Shown in pieces: positions 40,586-50,019 of a stretch of DNA of 64,000 nt. The stretch is from positions 3,904,001-3,968,000 of the forward strand of contig CBDASK010000003.1 in NCBI GenBank assembly GCA_965199495.1, given 5' to 3'. The translations under genes were made by a program, and so were the position numbers. Source of the DNA: Abditibacterium sp. (GTDB taxonomy: Bacteria > Armatimonadota > Abditibacteriia > Abditibacteriales > Abditibacteriaceae). The notes beneath the pieces were generated by a model that made no database searches, was not told where the DNA came from, and was given only the letters and a program-made list of their open reading frames with translations. The first letter of the stretch is position 1, and every line of letters begins with the position of its first letter.

Positions 40586-41899
40586 ATGACGAGGTTTTCC
40601 CGCTTGACGCCCCGAATTTCTTATCTGACGATTTTTCTGCTTTTATTGGTCACTTTGTGCGCGCCGCGCGTTCAAGCGCAACCCGCGCCCACCGCCAACG
40701 CGCCAATTTTGGCGGGCAGCAGCGATAGCGGCGAGTTAGAACAACGTCTGCTGTTTCGCGCGCGCAAAGCCCTGCGCGAAAGCGGCGACGCCAACGCCGA
40801 TAATCTGGGCGCGCCCAACGCCTACAACTGGATTATCTTGATGCAGGTGGCGCGCTACTCCGATTCCAACGTGCGCCTGACCAACATGAATCGCGGCGTG
40901 CAGCGCTTTCTCGAAGCGCTCGTGCAATCGCGTCAGGCGCAAACCGGCGGGCAAGTCAAAGATACCGTCAGCATTTTGCCCCACCATTTTTCGCTGTTGG
41001 GCGACCGTCAAGTTACGCCGCTCGCGTCTTATTTGAGCGATGTTTCCACTCTCAAACGCCGCGTGCCCGATTCGCCGCAAAACGATAATTATCAAGGCCA
41101 AAGCTGGCGCGACGGCCACGATTGGCGTAATGCCATGCAGCAAACTTTGGAATGGATGCCAACGGTGGATTTGGAGCCGCGCCACACGGTCGTCATCGTG
41201 CTGGATTGGAACGGTCTGGCGCAAGCGCCGATAACCCTCGCCAACGGCACCAAACCGGCGCAACCCGCGACCGATGCCGATTTGGTGCTACCGAGTAACG
41301 CCAAATTGTATCAGGCGTTTTCCGACGCGATGATCCAATCGGGTTTCGACCCGAAGAAGAATTTGGAAAACGTGCAGGTCGGCACGCTCGAATACAATTT
41401 GGCCGTGTTCGCGCCCAAAGATTTGGAGCCGCTGAACAACGCCGCCAAAGCGCCCGCGACAACAGCAGCCACGCCGACGCCCAAGCCCGCGAGTGGCGGC
41501 AGCGGCGGTTGGATTTTGCTGCCAATTTTGGCGGGATTGGGCGCCGTCGCGTTTTTCCTGATGCGTCCGGTCACTTTCCGTCTGGACGAATCTGAGACGC
41601 GTTCGGTGAGCGCATTGCCCGCCAAAACGCTGCCGATTCTGGGCGCGCGCACCGACGCCAAAGGCGCGCACTTTCGCGTGCCCAATGCCAACATTGATAC
41701 CGACCGGCCACTCGCGGTTTTCTCGACCGATTTCTCAAAGAAACTCAGTGTGCAAAACGGCGCGCTGAACGCGCGTAGCGTCGAGGGTTTCGACCCAACG
41801 CCCAACGGTTTGAAACTGCGCGGGCAAAAGGGCGAACTGGAATTAGTGGATTCCGCCACTAACCGCGTGGTAGGCACAATCAGCGTGCGCAAATTGTAG
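40586..41899 (+). CDS. Type I membrane protein: signal peptide, degenerate vWA-like exported domain, Pro/Thr linker, TM helix, cytoplasmic beta domain
   Basis: Signal ends VQA. Strand pattern WIILMQVARYS / DTVSILP / VVIVLDWNG fits vWA topology without an intact DxSxS. TM WILLPILAGLGAVAFFL. Confidence 0.5.
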   Translation: MTRFSRLTPRISYLTIFLLLLVTLCAPRVQAQPAPTANAPILAGSSDSGELEQRLLFRARKALRESGDANADNLGAPNAYNWIILMQVARYSDSNVRLTNMNRGVQRFLEALVQSRQAQTGGQVKDTVSILPHHFSLLGDRQVTPLASYLSDVSTLKRRVPDSPQNDNYQGQSWRDGHDWRNAMQQTLEWMPTVDLEPRHTVVIVLDWNGLAQAPITLANGTKPAQPATDADLVLPSNAKLYQAFSDAMIQSGFDPKKNLENVQVGTLEYNLAVFAPKDLEPLNNAAKAPATTAATPTPKPASGGSGGWILLPILAGLGAVAFFLMRPVTFRLDESETRSVSALPAKTLPILGARTDAKGAHFRVPNANIDTDRPLAVFSTDFSKKLSVQNGALNARSVEGFDPTPNGLKLRGQKGELELVDSATNRVVGTISVRKL

Positions 41900-41919
41900 T
41901 TCGTATTTTTCTCACGATT

Positions 41920-42426
41920 ATGTTTCTCCAACTTTCTCTGCGCCGCGCGCCGATTCTCGTCTGGCTTTTGACCTGCGTTTTGTCGCTTACGCTCACGTTT
42001 TGCGCGTTCGCGCAAGATGATGTCGCTCCGACTCCGACGATGACGCCCAATAACACGACGACCACAATTACCATTTCGCAAAGCGCGCCGCGCGTGGGCA
42101 CGCCTTCGTTTTTGGGCGCCGTTGATACCACTCTCCAAACGTGGAGTCGTTATTTTCGCGGTTACAGCCTTTATCTTCTCATCGCGATTGCCCTCGCGGC
42201 GGCGTATTTGACGGGGTTAATCATCTATCAAATTGCGTTTGGTCTGGGCAGTTTCGCGCCTAAAGCCGGATTGATTTCGGCGTGGTTTAGCGCGATCATT
42301 CTGCTATTTTTTGGGCTGATGATGTTGCCGCAAGGCTGGCCGTGGTGGTCGCCTTACGCGCTGATTTTCTTCGGGCTGGCGGCGACGGCGCTGGTTCTTT
42401 CTTCGTTTAGCAAAAAGGCGGTTTAG
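41920..42426 (+). CDS. Small membrane protein (signal peptide plus 3 TM helices)
   Basis: Signal ends AFA, Thr-rich linker, three hydrophobic segments. Confidence 0.7.
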   Translation: MFLQLSLRRAPILVWLLTCVLSLTLTFCAFAQDDVAPTPTMTPNNTTTTITISQSAPRVGTPSFLGAVDTTLQTWSRYFRGYSLYLLIAIALAAAYLTGLIIYQIAFGLGSFAPKAGLISAWFSAIILLFFGLMMLPQGWPWWSPYALIFFGLAATALVLSSFSKKAV

Positions 42427-42471
42427 ATTTGGATGCGATTTTATACCGCATTCTCAATTACCCAAAATCTC

Positions 42472-45400
42472 ATGGCACAACGCGCACTTATCATCGGTTT
42501 AGGCTCCACGGGCTACGACGTTTGCAATTACATCGCTCAACGCATTCAGTGGGAGCAGGGCGGCATGGAGCGCGTGCCGTGGCTCAAATTTCTCATCCTC
42601 GAAACCGAGCCGCCCGCTGGCATCGGCGAACTCGAACGCAACTACATTCACCTCACCATCGGCGGGCAAGGTTACGAAGGTCTCATCAATAATCCGGGGC
42701 GCTACAAAAGCCAGCTCGACTTGGAAAGTTGGTGGGACAAAGATGCGCTGTTGCAACTCGGCGATAAAGCCTTGACCAAAGGCGCGGGCAATATCCGCAT
42801 GGTCGGGCGTTTGGCGTTTCTGTTTCCGAGTCTGAGTTTGCAAATTCGCAACGCCATTCAAACGCGTTTGGATGGGTTGCAATCGCTGACGCCGCAACAG
42901 GCGCAAGCCGCACGTGGGCCGTTGCCCGACGGCTCCAATCCGGCGATTAATCTGGGTGACGAAACCATCGTTTATGTCGTCGGCACTTTGTGTGGCGGCA
43001 CCTGTTCGGGCGCCTTTATTGATCTGGGTTATCTGCTGCATTACGAGTTCGCTTCGACGGGTTACAAAATCCAACGGCGCGGCCTGTTCTCGATTCCCAA
43101 CATGGCCTACGAGGCGCTCTCCAATCAGCGTCGCCGCGCGAATGCTTTTGGCGCACTCAAAGAATTGAATCACTTCATGAGCGGCCACGAATACAGCGTG
43201 CAATATCCGTTTCACGCGGGGCGCCCCGAAAACCCGACGCGCTATTCGCCCTATGATACGACGTATTTGAGCCAGCCATCGGGCGGCGACGAAAACTCGT
43301 TCGAGAAAGTCAAAATCACCACGGCGCAGTTTCTTCATAACGATATTTTTAATTCGGTCGCCGCGCAAATCGGCGCCAAAACCGTGGACAGCGCGGCCTC
43401 AATGTTCGGCGGCGATAAGAACGGTTCGCCGGTCACGTTTTATTCGTTTGGCACCAGCGCCGTCGAAATTCCTGGTTATCTCATCGCTCAGGGTTGCTGC
43501 TACAAATTGGGCGTCGAGGCGTTGGACGAATTCGTCGCGCCGCGTCCCAACGCGCTGCAAGAGGCCGACGCGTTTCGCATCAAAACGCTGGGCGTTTCGA
43601 GCGAGATTATCGCTGGAAAATTGCTGCGCGATCCCGACGGCGACCCGACCGGCGAGGCGGGCGTGAACATTCCGTCGCGCTTAAAAGACCAAGTCGCGGG
43701 CGCCGTGGCTGGTGCGGCCAATGCGGGTGCGGGCGCCGCCGACGATTTGGCCGCCGCCGAAGAGCGCGTGGGCGCCGCATTTATGCCGCGCCGCGACGAT
43801 TCGCCCGCCGTCTCGGATAGCGCCGCCACCAACAATTTGCCGCCGCACATCATTCCGCGCCGTATCGAAGCCAACTCGCAGATTTTGCGCGGCAGCTATC
43901 AACGAGACTTGGATAGAGAAATCCAAATCGCTTTGCGCGATCCGGCGCGCGGGCCGGTCTGGTGCGAAACCGTTTTGGACGAAACCCAGAAGTATCTGGA
44001 AAACCGGCTCCAAGAATTGGGTTCTGGCACGCACGCCGACGATTTGGAAAAGGCCAACAAAAACACGAAGAACGCGTTAAACGCCGCGCGTTCGCGCGTC
44101 GAGGCGTGCGCGACCGATCCGTTTGTCGCGCTTTATTTCGGGCGCAAACGCGCCATCGAACGCGAATTGATGGCCTACGCCGAAGCGGCGAATTCGGCTT
44201 ATCGGCGCCGTTTGGAAGCGATGCTTTTGGCGCCCGAAAAAATGTTGTGCGAGGCGCTGCTGCCGCAAGTGAAAACGATGCGCGCCCAGATCACCGGCGC
44301 CAATGCCAACGATGACACCAGCGTGTTGTCGCAGGCGCGACAGTTGCGCGCGATTCTGGCCGACAAACTCGCCAAAGTCAGCGAAGCCACGCCGGTGATC
44401 AACGGGCGTTCGTTGTTCGAGCCGGGCCGCACCATTGACGGCAAATACGACGCGTTTTGGAGCGGGCGCGGCCCCGACAAACGCCACGAGGCGCGCTTCG
44501 GTTTCGTGAGCAATTGGAAAAAATTGCCGTCCGCCGATGCGACTTCGGGCCAGTTGACGCAACTCGGCTCTTATTTTACCGACGGCACGATGACCGTCGC
44601 GAGCGGCCAGAACCTGACGCGCCAACTGCGCGAAACCGCCGAAACTTTGGCGCGCAGTTATCGCCCGTTGTTTGCGCCATTGCTACGCGAATCCATTCTC
44701 AATCGCCCCGAAATCGGCGATCCGGTTTTGCTGCGCGATGTGCGCGACAAAAGCGCCGTGATGATCGGTTTGAATCGTCACAGCGGTTTGACGCAACTGA
44801 CCGGCAACAACGAAATCGATCTGGTCTTTTTCGAGGGCGCCAAAAACGCGTCGAACCAGCCCGATTCCAAGGCCAACGAATTGTATCAGGCGATGATGGC
44901 GCTCAAAACCAATGGTATCACCATGCGTTTCGAGGAAAGTCCGTCGCCCCAAGAACTGTTGTGCGTGCGCGTTTTGGGCGGGTTTTCGCTCGCGATGATC
45001 AACGGTTTTCAGCCGCCCGAACTGGAAGGCAACAATTTTCGCCAGTCGTTTGAAGTCGAGAATTCCGAGAAATTCAACGTCTATTCGCGCGTCGGCATCA
45101 AGTGGCAACCGTTTGACGGCGACCGCGACCAACGCGTCGAGTGGCGTCAGGGCTTGATTTTGACCGGGCTTTGTTTATCGCGCACCGGCAATATGGCCGA
45201 TTGTCTGGTCTTGCGCACTAATCAGGGTTATATGTATCGTCCGCCGCGTCCGCTTGGGCCGGGCCGCGACAAAGTTTTGCTGCCCTTCGATTTGCGCGAA
45301 GCCGCCAATGCTCTGCGCGAACATCCCGATTTTATGGCCTGTCTCGAAGACGACATCAAGCGTTTGCGCGTCGCCAAATCGGTGGACGAACTGGCGGTTT

Positions 45401-45837
45401 GTCTGGAATGGCTCTATGATAACAGCGAACAATTGGGCCTCAAACGCACCGAAAGCCGCTTTTCGCTGCGCTATGAAGACACCGAAGCCGAGGGCGATAC
45501 CAAATCGCAAATCGCGCAAAGCACAACCGAAAACGCCGCGCTGTTGCCAGTTTCGAGTGCCAAAGCGTTCGATTTAATCAAGAATTACTGGCGCAACGAC
45601 GCCGCGATTATCAATCGATTGGACGCGCGTTACAACCAAAATCATCTGCCCGCCGAGCAGCCAATTATTGCGCCATTCCCCGGCCAGATTCCGACGCCGG
45701 TTGTCGAATCGCCGGTTATTGAAGCTGTCGCATCGAACGTGGCGCCGTTTCCGGGGCAAACTCAAACAATAGCCACGCCGCCTGTGGCTGCTGTGCCACT
45801 CGCGCAAAACGCGCCAGATGATTTGGATTTTACTTAA
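42472..45837 (+). CDS. Tubulin-like (Tubulin_2 / FtsZ-like) protein with long helical C-terminus
   Basis: IIGLGSTG, GAGNIRMVGRLAF, VGTLCGGTCSGAFID, ANAFGALKELNHF, PYD--YL. Confidence 0.85.
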   Translation: MAQRALIIGLGSTGYDVCNYIAQRIQWEQGGMERVPWLKFLILETEPPAGIGELERNYIHLTIGGQGYEGLINNPGRYKSQLDLESWWDKDALLQLGDKALTKGAGNIRMVGRLAFLFPSLSLQIRNAIQTRLDGLQSLTPQQAQAARGPLPDGSNPAINLGDETIVYVVGTLCGGTCSGAFIDLGYLLHYEFASTGYKIQRRGLFSIPNMAYEALSNQRRRANAFGALKELNHFMSGHEYSVQYPFHAGRPENPTRYSPYDTTYLSQPSGGDENSFEKVKITTAQFLHNDIFNSVAAQIGAKTVDSAASMFGGDKNGSPVTFYSFGTSAVEIPGYLIAQGCCYKLGVEALDEFVAPRPNALQEADAFRIKTLGVSSEIIAGKLLRDPDGDPTGEAGVNIPSRLKDQVAGAVAGAANAGAGAADDLAAAEERVGAAFMPRRDDSPAVSDSAATNNLPPHIIPRRIEANSQILRGSYQRDLDREIQIALRDPARGPVWCETVLDETQKYLENRLQELGSGTHADDLEKANKNTKNALNAARSRVEACATDPFVALYFGRKRAIERELMAYAEAANSAYRRRLEAMLLAPEKMLCEALLPQVKTMRAQITGANANDDTSVLSQARQLRAILADKLAKVSEATPVINGRSLFEPGRTIDGKYDAFWSGRGPDKRHEARFGFVSNWKKLPSADATSGQLTQLGSYFTDGTMTVASGQNLTRQLRETAETLARSYRPLFAPLLRESILNRPEIGDPVLLRDVRDKSAVMIGLNRHSGLTQLTGNNEIDLVFFEGAKNASNQPDSKANELYQAMMALKTNGITMRFEESPSPQELLCVRVLGGFSLAMINGFQPPELEGNNFRQSFEVENSEKFNVYSRVGIKWQPFDGDRDQRVEWRQGLILTGLCLSRTGNMADCLVLRTNQGYMYRPPRPLGPGRDKVLLPFDLREAANALREHPDFMACLEDDIKRLRVAKSVDELAVCLEWLYDNSEQLGLKRTESRFSLRYEDTEAEGDTKSQIAQSTTENAALLPVSSAKAFDLIKNYWRNDAAIINRLDARYNQNHLPAEQPIIAPFPGQIPTPVVESPVIEAVASNVAPFPGQTQTIATPPVAAVPLAQNAPDDLDFT

Positions 45838-45842
45838 ACGAT

Positions 45843-45986
45843 GTGCGGGATAAAGATTAGCCACAAAGAGCGCAAAGGGTCACAAAGAAGCGGAAAGAAA
45901 TTAATTTGGAAAGACAAAATTATGAAATTTATTTCTGCTACTTTGTGACCCTTTGCGCTCTTTGTGGCTAATCTTTATCCCCGCAC
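45843..45986. repeat. Long inverted repeat with periodic CACAAAG/CGCAAAG units, copy 2
   Basis: GATAAAGATTAGCCACAAAGAGCGCAAAGGGTCACAAAG is mirrored. The right arm overlaps the pheT stop codon. Confidence 0.85.
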
Positions 45987-47993
45987 TTCCGCGCCCAGCC
46001 GTTTTTCTTCGGCGATAATATTCGCAATCAACTCCTCGATTTCGCTCTCGACCAATGTCCGTTCGGGCGCGCGGAATAGCATCGAAATCGCGACGGATTT
46101 GAAGCCTTCGGGAATGCCGACGCCGTTGTAAACGTCGAAAACGTGAACCTCGCGCAACAGTTCGCCGCCCGCGCGGCGCGCGGCGTCGGTCAAATTGGCG
46201 GCGGGAATATTGGCCGGGACAAGCAAGGCCAAATCGCGTTCGACGCCTGGAAATTTGGAAAACGGCTGATATTTGCGCACCAGTGAAACGTGACGCACGA
46301 GCGCATCGAAATCAATGCGCGCGATATAAACGCAGCCCGGCAAATCCCAATCGGCGGCGATTTGTGGATGAATTTCGCCGATTAATCCCATCTCTTCGCC
46401 GCCAATCGAAATTGAGGCGGCGCGGCCCGGATGCAACGACGGATTTTTGATCGGCGCCAGCATCGGCGAGGGCGCGCCGAACTCGCACAGCACGTTTTCG
46501 ACAATGGCCTTGAGCGCGTAAAAATCCACGGGCTCCTCGATTTTCTGCCAGTTGGCGCGCGCGGGTGCATCGCTTAATGCCATTGCGATGACGCGTTTTT
46601 CTTCGGCCAAACCATTGGCTCCGCCCGCGAAATAGATTTTGCCGATTTCAAACGCCCGCATACGACGGCCTTTGTTGCGTCGCAAAACATCGAGCATCGA
46701 AGGAATCAGCGATGTGCGCAGCATCGTGTAATCTTCCGACAACGGATTGCGCAATTTGACCGCGTTATCCGGCGAAATGCCCGCCATTTCGTGCGATTTT
46801 TCGTTCGATAAAGAATAGGTCGTGATTTCGGTCAGGCCGCAACGCAAGCACGCCGAACGCGCGCGGTCGCGCAATCGCGAAGGTAGCGCCCGCCCGGCGC
46901 CCGCCGTGCCGCCTTGGTGCAGCGTGACCGGCACGCGGTCGTAACCGTAAAGGCGCGCGACTTCTTCGATGAGGTCAATTTCGCGCTCGATGTCGCGGCG
47001 CCATGTCGGGATTTGCGCGGTCAACGTGCCTTCTTCTTGCGTGACTTTGAAACCCAATCGCTCCAAAAATTCGCGCTGTTTTTCGGGCGCGATTTTCAGT
47101 CCCAACACCGCATTCGCGCGCGCCACCCGCATCGAGACAGACGGCTCCAACATCGGCGCCGGATAGCGATCAATCGCGCCCTGCGCGACAACGCCACCCG
47201 CGATTTCGGCCAACAATTGCGCGGCGCGGTCGGCGGCGCGCTTGCAGCCGTTGGGGTCAACGTGCCGCTCGAAACGACGGCTGGCTTCGGTCGCCATGCC
47301 CAGCAAAAACGCGTTGCGCCGCACGCGTTGCGGCGCGAAATAGGCGCTTTCGATTAATACATTTGTCGTTGATTCGGTCACTTCCGAATCGGCGCCGCCC
47401 ATGACGCCCGCCACAGCCACGGCGCCGCCCTTGTCGCAAATCGCCAGCATTTCGGGCGACAGTTCGCGCTCGATTTCATCCAACGTCGTCAATTTCTCGT
47501 TCTCACGCGCGCGCCGCACCGTGATTTGCGCGCCACTAATTTTATCGAAATCGAAGCAGTGCAACGGCTGGCCCAATTCGAGCATCACGTAATTCGATAC
47601 GTCCACCACGTTGTTAATCGGGCGCACGCCGCACTCGCTCAAACGTTTTTGCATCCAATCGGGCGATGGGCCGACTTTCACGCCCTCGACCAAGCGCGCG
47701 ACATAGCGCGCGCAATCGGCGGGGTTTTCGATTTCGACCGTTAAACGCCCTTCGAGCATCGGGCCGGTTTCGCTCAGTTCAATATAAGGCGGGCGCACGC
47801 GAGCGCCCGTCATGGCGCCGATTTCGCGGGCGATGCCTAATGCGCTGAGCCAGTCGCCGCGATTGGAGGTGATTTCGAGTTCCAAATCGTCGCCCTCGCG
47901 CGACTCGACGTTGAGGCCCGCCATTAATAAGGCGTCATCTAAATTTTCGGGCAAAGCGACGTATTCGCCGAGCCAGTGGGTGGAAATTCTCAT
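45975..47993 (-). CDS. pheT: Phenylalanine--tRNA ligase beta subunit (short form lacking the B2 OB domain)
   Basis: TSNRGD-LS--GIARE, INNVVDVSNYVMLELGQPLH, REIDLIEEVARLYGY, LRTSL, RDLA, KSVA. Confidence 0.95.
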   Translation of the reverse strand: MRISTHWLGEYVALPENLDDALLMAGLNVESREGDDLELEITSNRGDWLSALGIAREIGAMTGARVRPPYIELSETGPMLEGRLTVEIENPADCARYVARLVEGVKVGPSPDWMQKRLSECGVRPINNVVDVSNYVMLELGQPLHCFDFDKISGAQITVRRARENEKLTTLDEIERELSPEMLAICDKGGAVAVAGVMGGADSEVTESTTNVLIESAYFAPQRVRRNAFLLGMATEASRRFERHVDPNGCKRAADRAAQLLAEIAGGVVAQGAIDRYPAPMLEPSVSMRVARANAVLGLKIAPEKQREFLERLGFKVTQEEGTLTAQIPTWRRDIEREIDLIEEVARLYGYDRVPVTLHQGGTAGAGRALPSRLRDRARSACLRCGLTEITTYSLSNEKSHEMAGISPDNAVKLRNPLSEDYTMLRTSLIPSMLDVLRRNKGRRMRAFEIGKIYFAGGANGLAEEKRVIAMALSDAPARANWQKIEEPVDFYALKAIVENVLCEFGAPSPMLAPIKNPSLHPGRAASISIGGEEMGLIGEIHPQIAADWDLPGCVYIARIDFDALVRHVSLVRKYQPFSKFPGVERDLALLVPANIPAANLTDAARRAGGELLREVHVFDVYNGVGIPEGFKSVAISMLFRAPERTLVESEIEELIANIIAEEKRLGAEVRG

Positions 47994-48015
47994 TTGTTGG
48001 GAAAATGGAAGTTAA

Positions 48016-48199
48016 AGGCGGGCGGACTCGCGCCCCCTCTGTCCTTCGGACATCTCCCCCTCCGCAAGGGGGAGAGGCGCTGTCACCTTTGACATCGCCG
48101 CTTTTTGCATGAAATTTCGAGCGAAAGATTGCGCCGCCCTCTCCCCCTTTCGGAGGGGGAGATGTCCGAAGGACAGAGGGGGTGCGAGTCCGCCCGCCT
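48016..48199. repeat. Long inverted repeat between pheS and pheT (CCCCCTCTGTCCTTCGGACATCTCCCCC family)
   Basis: About 60-bp arms with nested hairpins GTCC-TTCG-GAC and TCTCCCCCT...AGGGGGAGA. Confidence 0.88.
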
Positions 48200-48203
48200 C
48201 AAT

Positions 48204-49211
48204 CTAAAATTGTTCCAAAAAGCGCAGATCGTTTTCATAGAACAGGCGCAAATCGTCAATGCCGAACTTGATCATCGCCATGCGCTCGATGCCAAAACCA
48301 AACGCGAATCCAGTATATTTCTCGGCGTCAACGCCGACGTTTTCCAACACTTTTGGGTGAACCATGCCGCATCCGCCCAGCTCCAGCCACTTGCCGTTGA
48401 ACAAAACATCAAACTCGGCGCTTGGCTCGGTGAACGGAAAAAAGTGCGGGCGAAACCGCGTCTGCACGCCGCCACTTCCGGGCGCGGCCTCGAACAATTG
48501 CGTCAAAAACGTCGAAATCGTGCCTTTCAAATCGGCGAAAGTCACGTTTTCGTCCACGCACAAACCTTCGACTTGCTGGAACATCGCGCCGTGCGTGCGG
48601 TCAACCGCCTCGCGCCGATAAACCCGTCCGGGCGCGATGATCTTGAGCGGTGGCTGCTGCGATTCCATCACGCGAATCTGCACCGACGAAGTTTCCGTGC
48701 GCAATACCACATCGTCCGAAACATAAAGCGTATCGCGTTCGTAGCGCGTCGGATGGTCGGGGCCGATGCCCAAAGCATCGAAATTATAATAGACGTTCTC
48801 GACTTCCGGCCCCTCGACCACGCTAAAACCCAGATTGGAATAGATGCGAATAATATCGTCCATCGTCTGAGTAATCGGGTGGCGGCGCCCAAAGTTAATA
48901 TCGGGCGCCGGGAGCGTCACGTCAATAGTTTCGCTTTTCAAACGCGCATCCATTTCGGCGCGTTCGAGTTGCCCGGCGCGCTCGGTTAAAGTGGATTCCA
49001 AGCGGTCGCGCGTCTGATTGACCTGCTGGCCGACGCGTGGCCGCTCATCGGCGGGCAGGGCGCCCATGCCGCGTAGAATTTGGGTCAGCTCGCTCTTTTT
49101 GCCAAAAAACTGTTGGCGCGCCGCTTCGAGTTGCGCCGAATCGCTGGCGCCTTGCAGCGCGGACGAAGCGCGCGTTTCTAAATCGTGCAGTCGGTTTTCC
49201 AAATCGGACAT
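48204..49211 (-). CDS. pheS: Phenylalanine--tRNA ligase alpha subunit
   Basis: HPI, NFDAL, PGRVYR, FQQVEG, FPFTEPS, WLELGGCG, GFAFGFGIER. Confidence 0.97.
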   Translation of the reverse strand: MSDLENRLHDLETRASSALQGASDSAQLEAARQQFFGKKSELTQILRGMGALPADERPRVGQQVNQTRDRLESTLTERAGQLERAEMDARLKSETIDVTLPAPDINFGRRHPITQTMDDIIRIYSNLGFSVVEGPEVENVYYNFDALGIGPDHPTRYERDTLYVSDDVVLRTETSSVQIRVMESQQPPLKIIAPGRVYRREAVDRTHGAMFQQVEGLCVDENVTFADLKGTISTFLTQLFEAAPGSGGVQTRFRPHFFPFTEPSAEFDVLFNGKWLELGGCGMVHPKVLENVGVDAEKYTGFAFGFGIERMAMIKFGIDDLRLFYENDLRFLEQF

Positions 49212-49332
49212 AAGCGTTATCTTGGGACGCGTCCCAGTTTAACAGCGCCCCGCCCCGTCGCGAAAAATTTCACCTTTGGCTCCCGGATTCAGCCTTACGC
49301 GCCGGTCTCCCGGCGGCTTTACTGTCAATTCC

Positions 49333-49776
49333 ATGAAACACTTTTCGATTCGCCACGGCCTGTGGCTTGCTTTGCTGGGCGCGCCCGCCCTCGTTGCCGG
49401 TTGCGGCGGCGGCAACGGCGCCGTGGCTGTGCCCGCGATCCCGGTTTCCGTCCCGCCGTTCACGCTGCAAAACGGCCAGCGCGCGACCTTAAAATTCAAA
49501 ATTCGCGGCACCGCGCTCGACGGCACCATCGCCATCGCCGACGGTGCGCAGGTCGAACCGAATCCGCTGCGCCGCATCCCGCCGGGCACTTATCCATTTA
49601 ATGGCACCTTCACGCCACCGCGCGGCTACGAAATCGGCGGCACCTTTGGCGCGGTTGGCGATTTTACTGCGCGCGGCGATTTGCCGACGACTTCGCAAAC
49701 CGGCACTTATACCTTCGTTTTTCAAGGCCAAACGTTGAGCGGAACATTGCCAATCATCGCCAATCCCATCGGTTGA
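49333..49776 (+). CDS. Lipoprotein, domain A only
   Basis: Lipobox LVAGC-GGG, FTLQNGQ...GTFT-PRG...GTYT. Confidence 0.7.
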   Translation: MKHFSIRHGLWLALLGAPALVAGCGGGNGAVAVPAIPVSVPPFTLQNGQRATLKFKIRGTALDGTIAIADGAQVEPNPLRRIPPGTYPFNGTFTPPRGYEIGGTFGAVGDFTARGDLPTTSQTGTYTFVFQGQTLSGTLPIIANPIG

Positions 49777-49804
49777 AAACAACGCAAAAAAAATTTTTTA
49801 AATT

Positions 49805-49839
49805 AAAAGGCGCTTCTCTCAAAAGAGAAGCGCCTTTTT
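49805..49839 (+). terminator. Intrinsic terminator
   Basis: AAAAGGCGCTTCTCT-CAAA-AGAGAAGCGCCTTTTT. Confidence 0.8.
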
Positions 49840-50019
49840 GCGTAACTTTAAGGCCGAAATAGAGACAATCAGGCCAACTATTTCTATCGAAATAAATTGA
49901 CAATGTCGTTTTTGTCCGGTGATTTTGTATAAAACCTGTGTTTCATTAAGTTTTCTCTTATAGTAAGATTACTTTTGTCTTTTCGACAAATCGCTTGATA
50001 TTATGACTGAGAGAACATA

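Noticed and set aside
42472..45837. ftsZ
   Set aside because: About three times too long, has Tubulin_2-type motifs, and is not in a cell-division cluster.
49212..49332. T-box or pheM-type attenuator upstream of pheS
   Set aside because: The region is only about 120 bp, with no T-box consensus or Phe-rich leader peptide.
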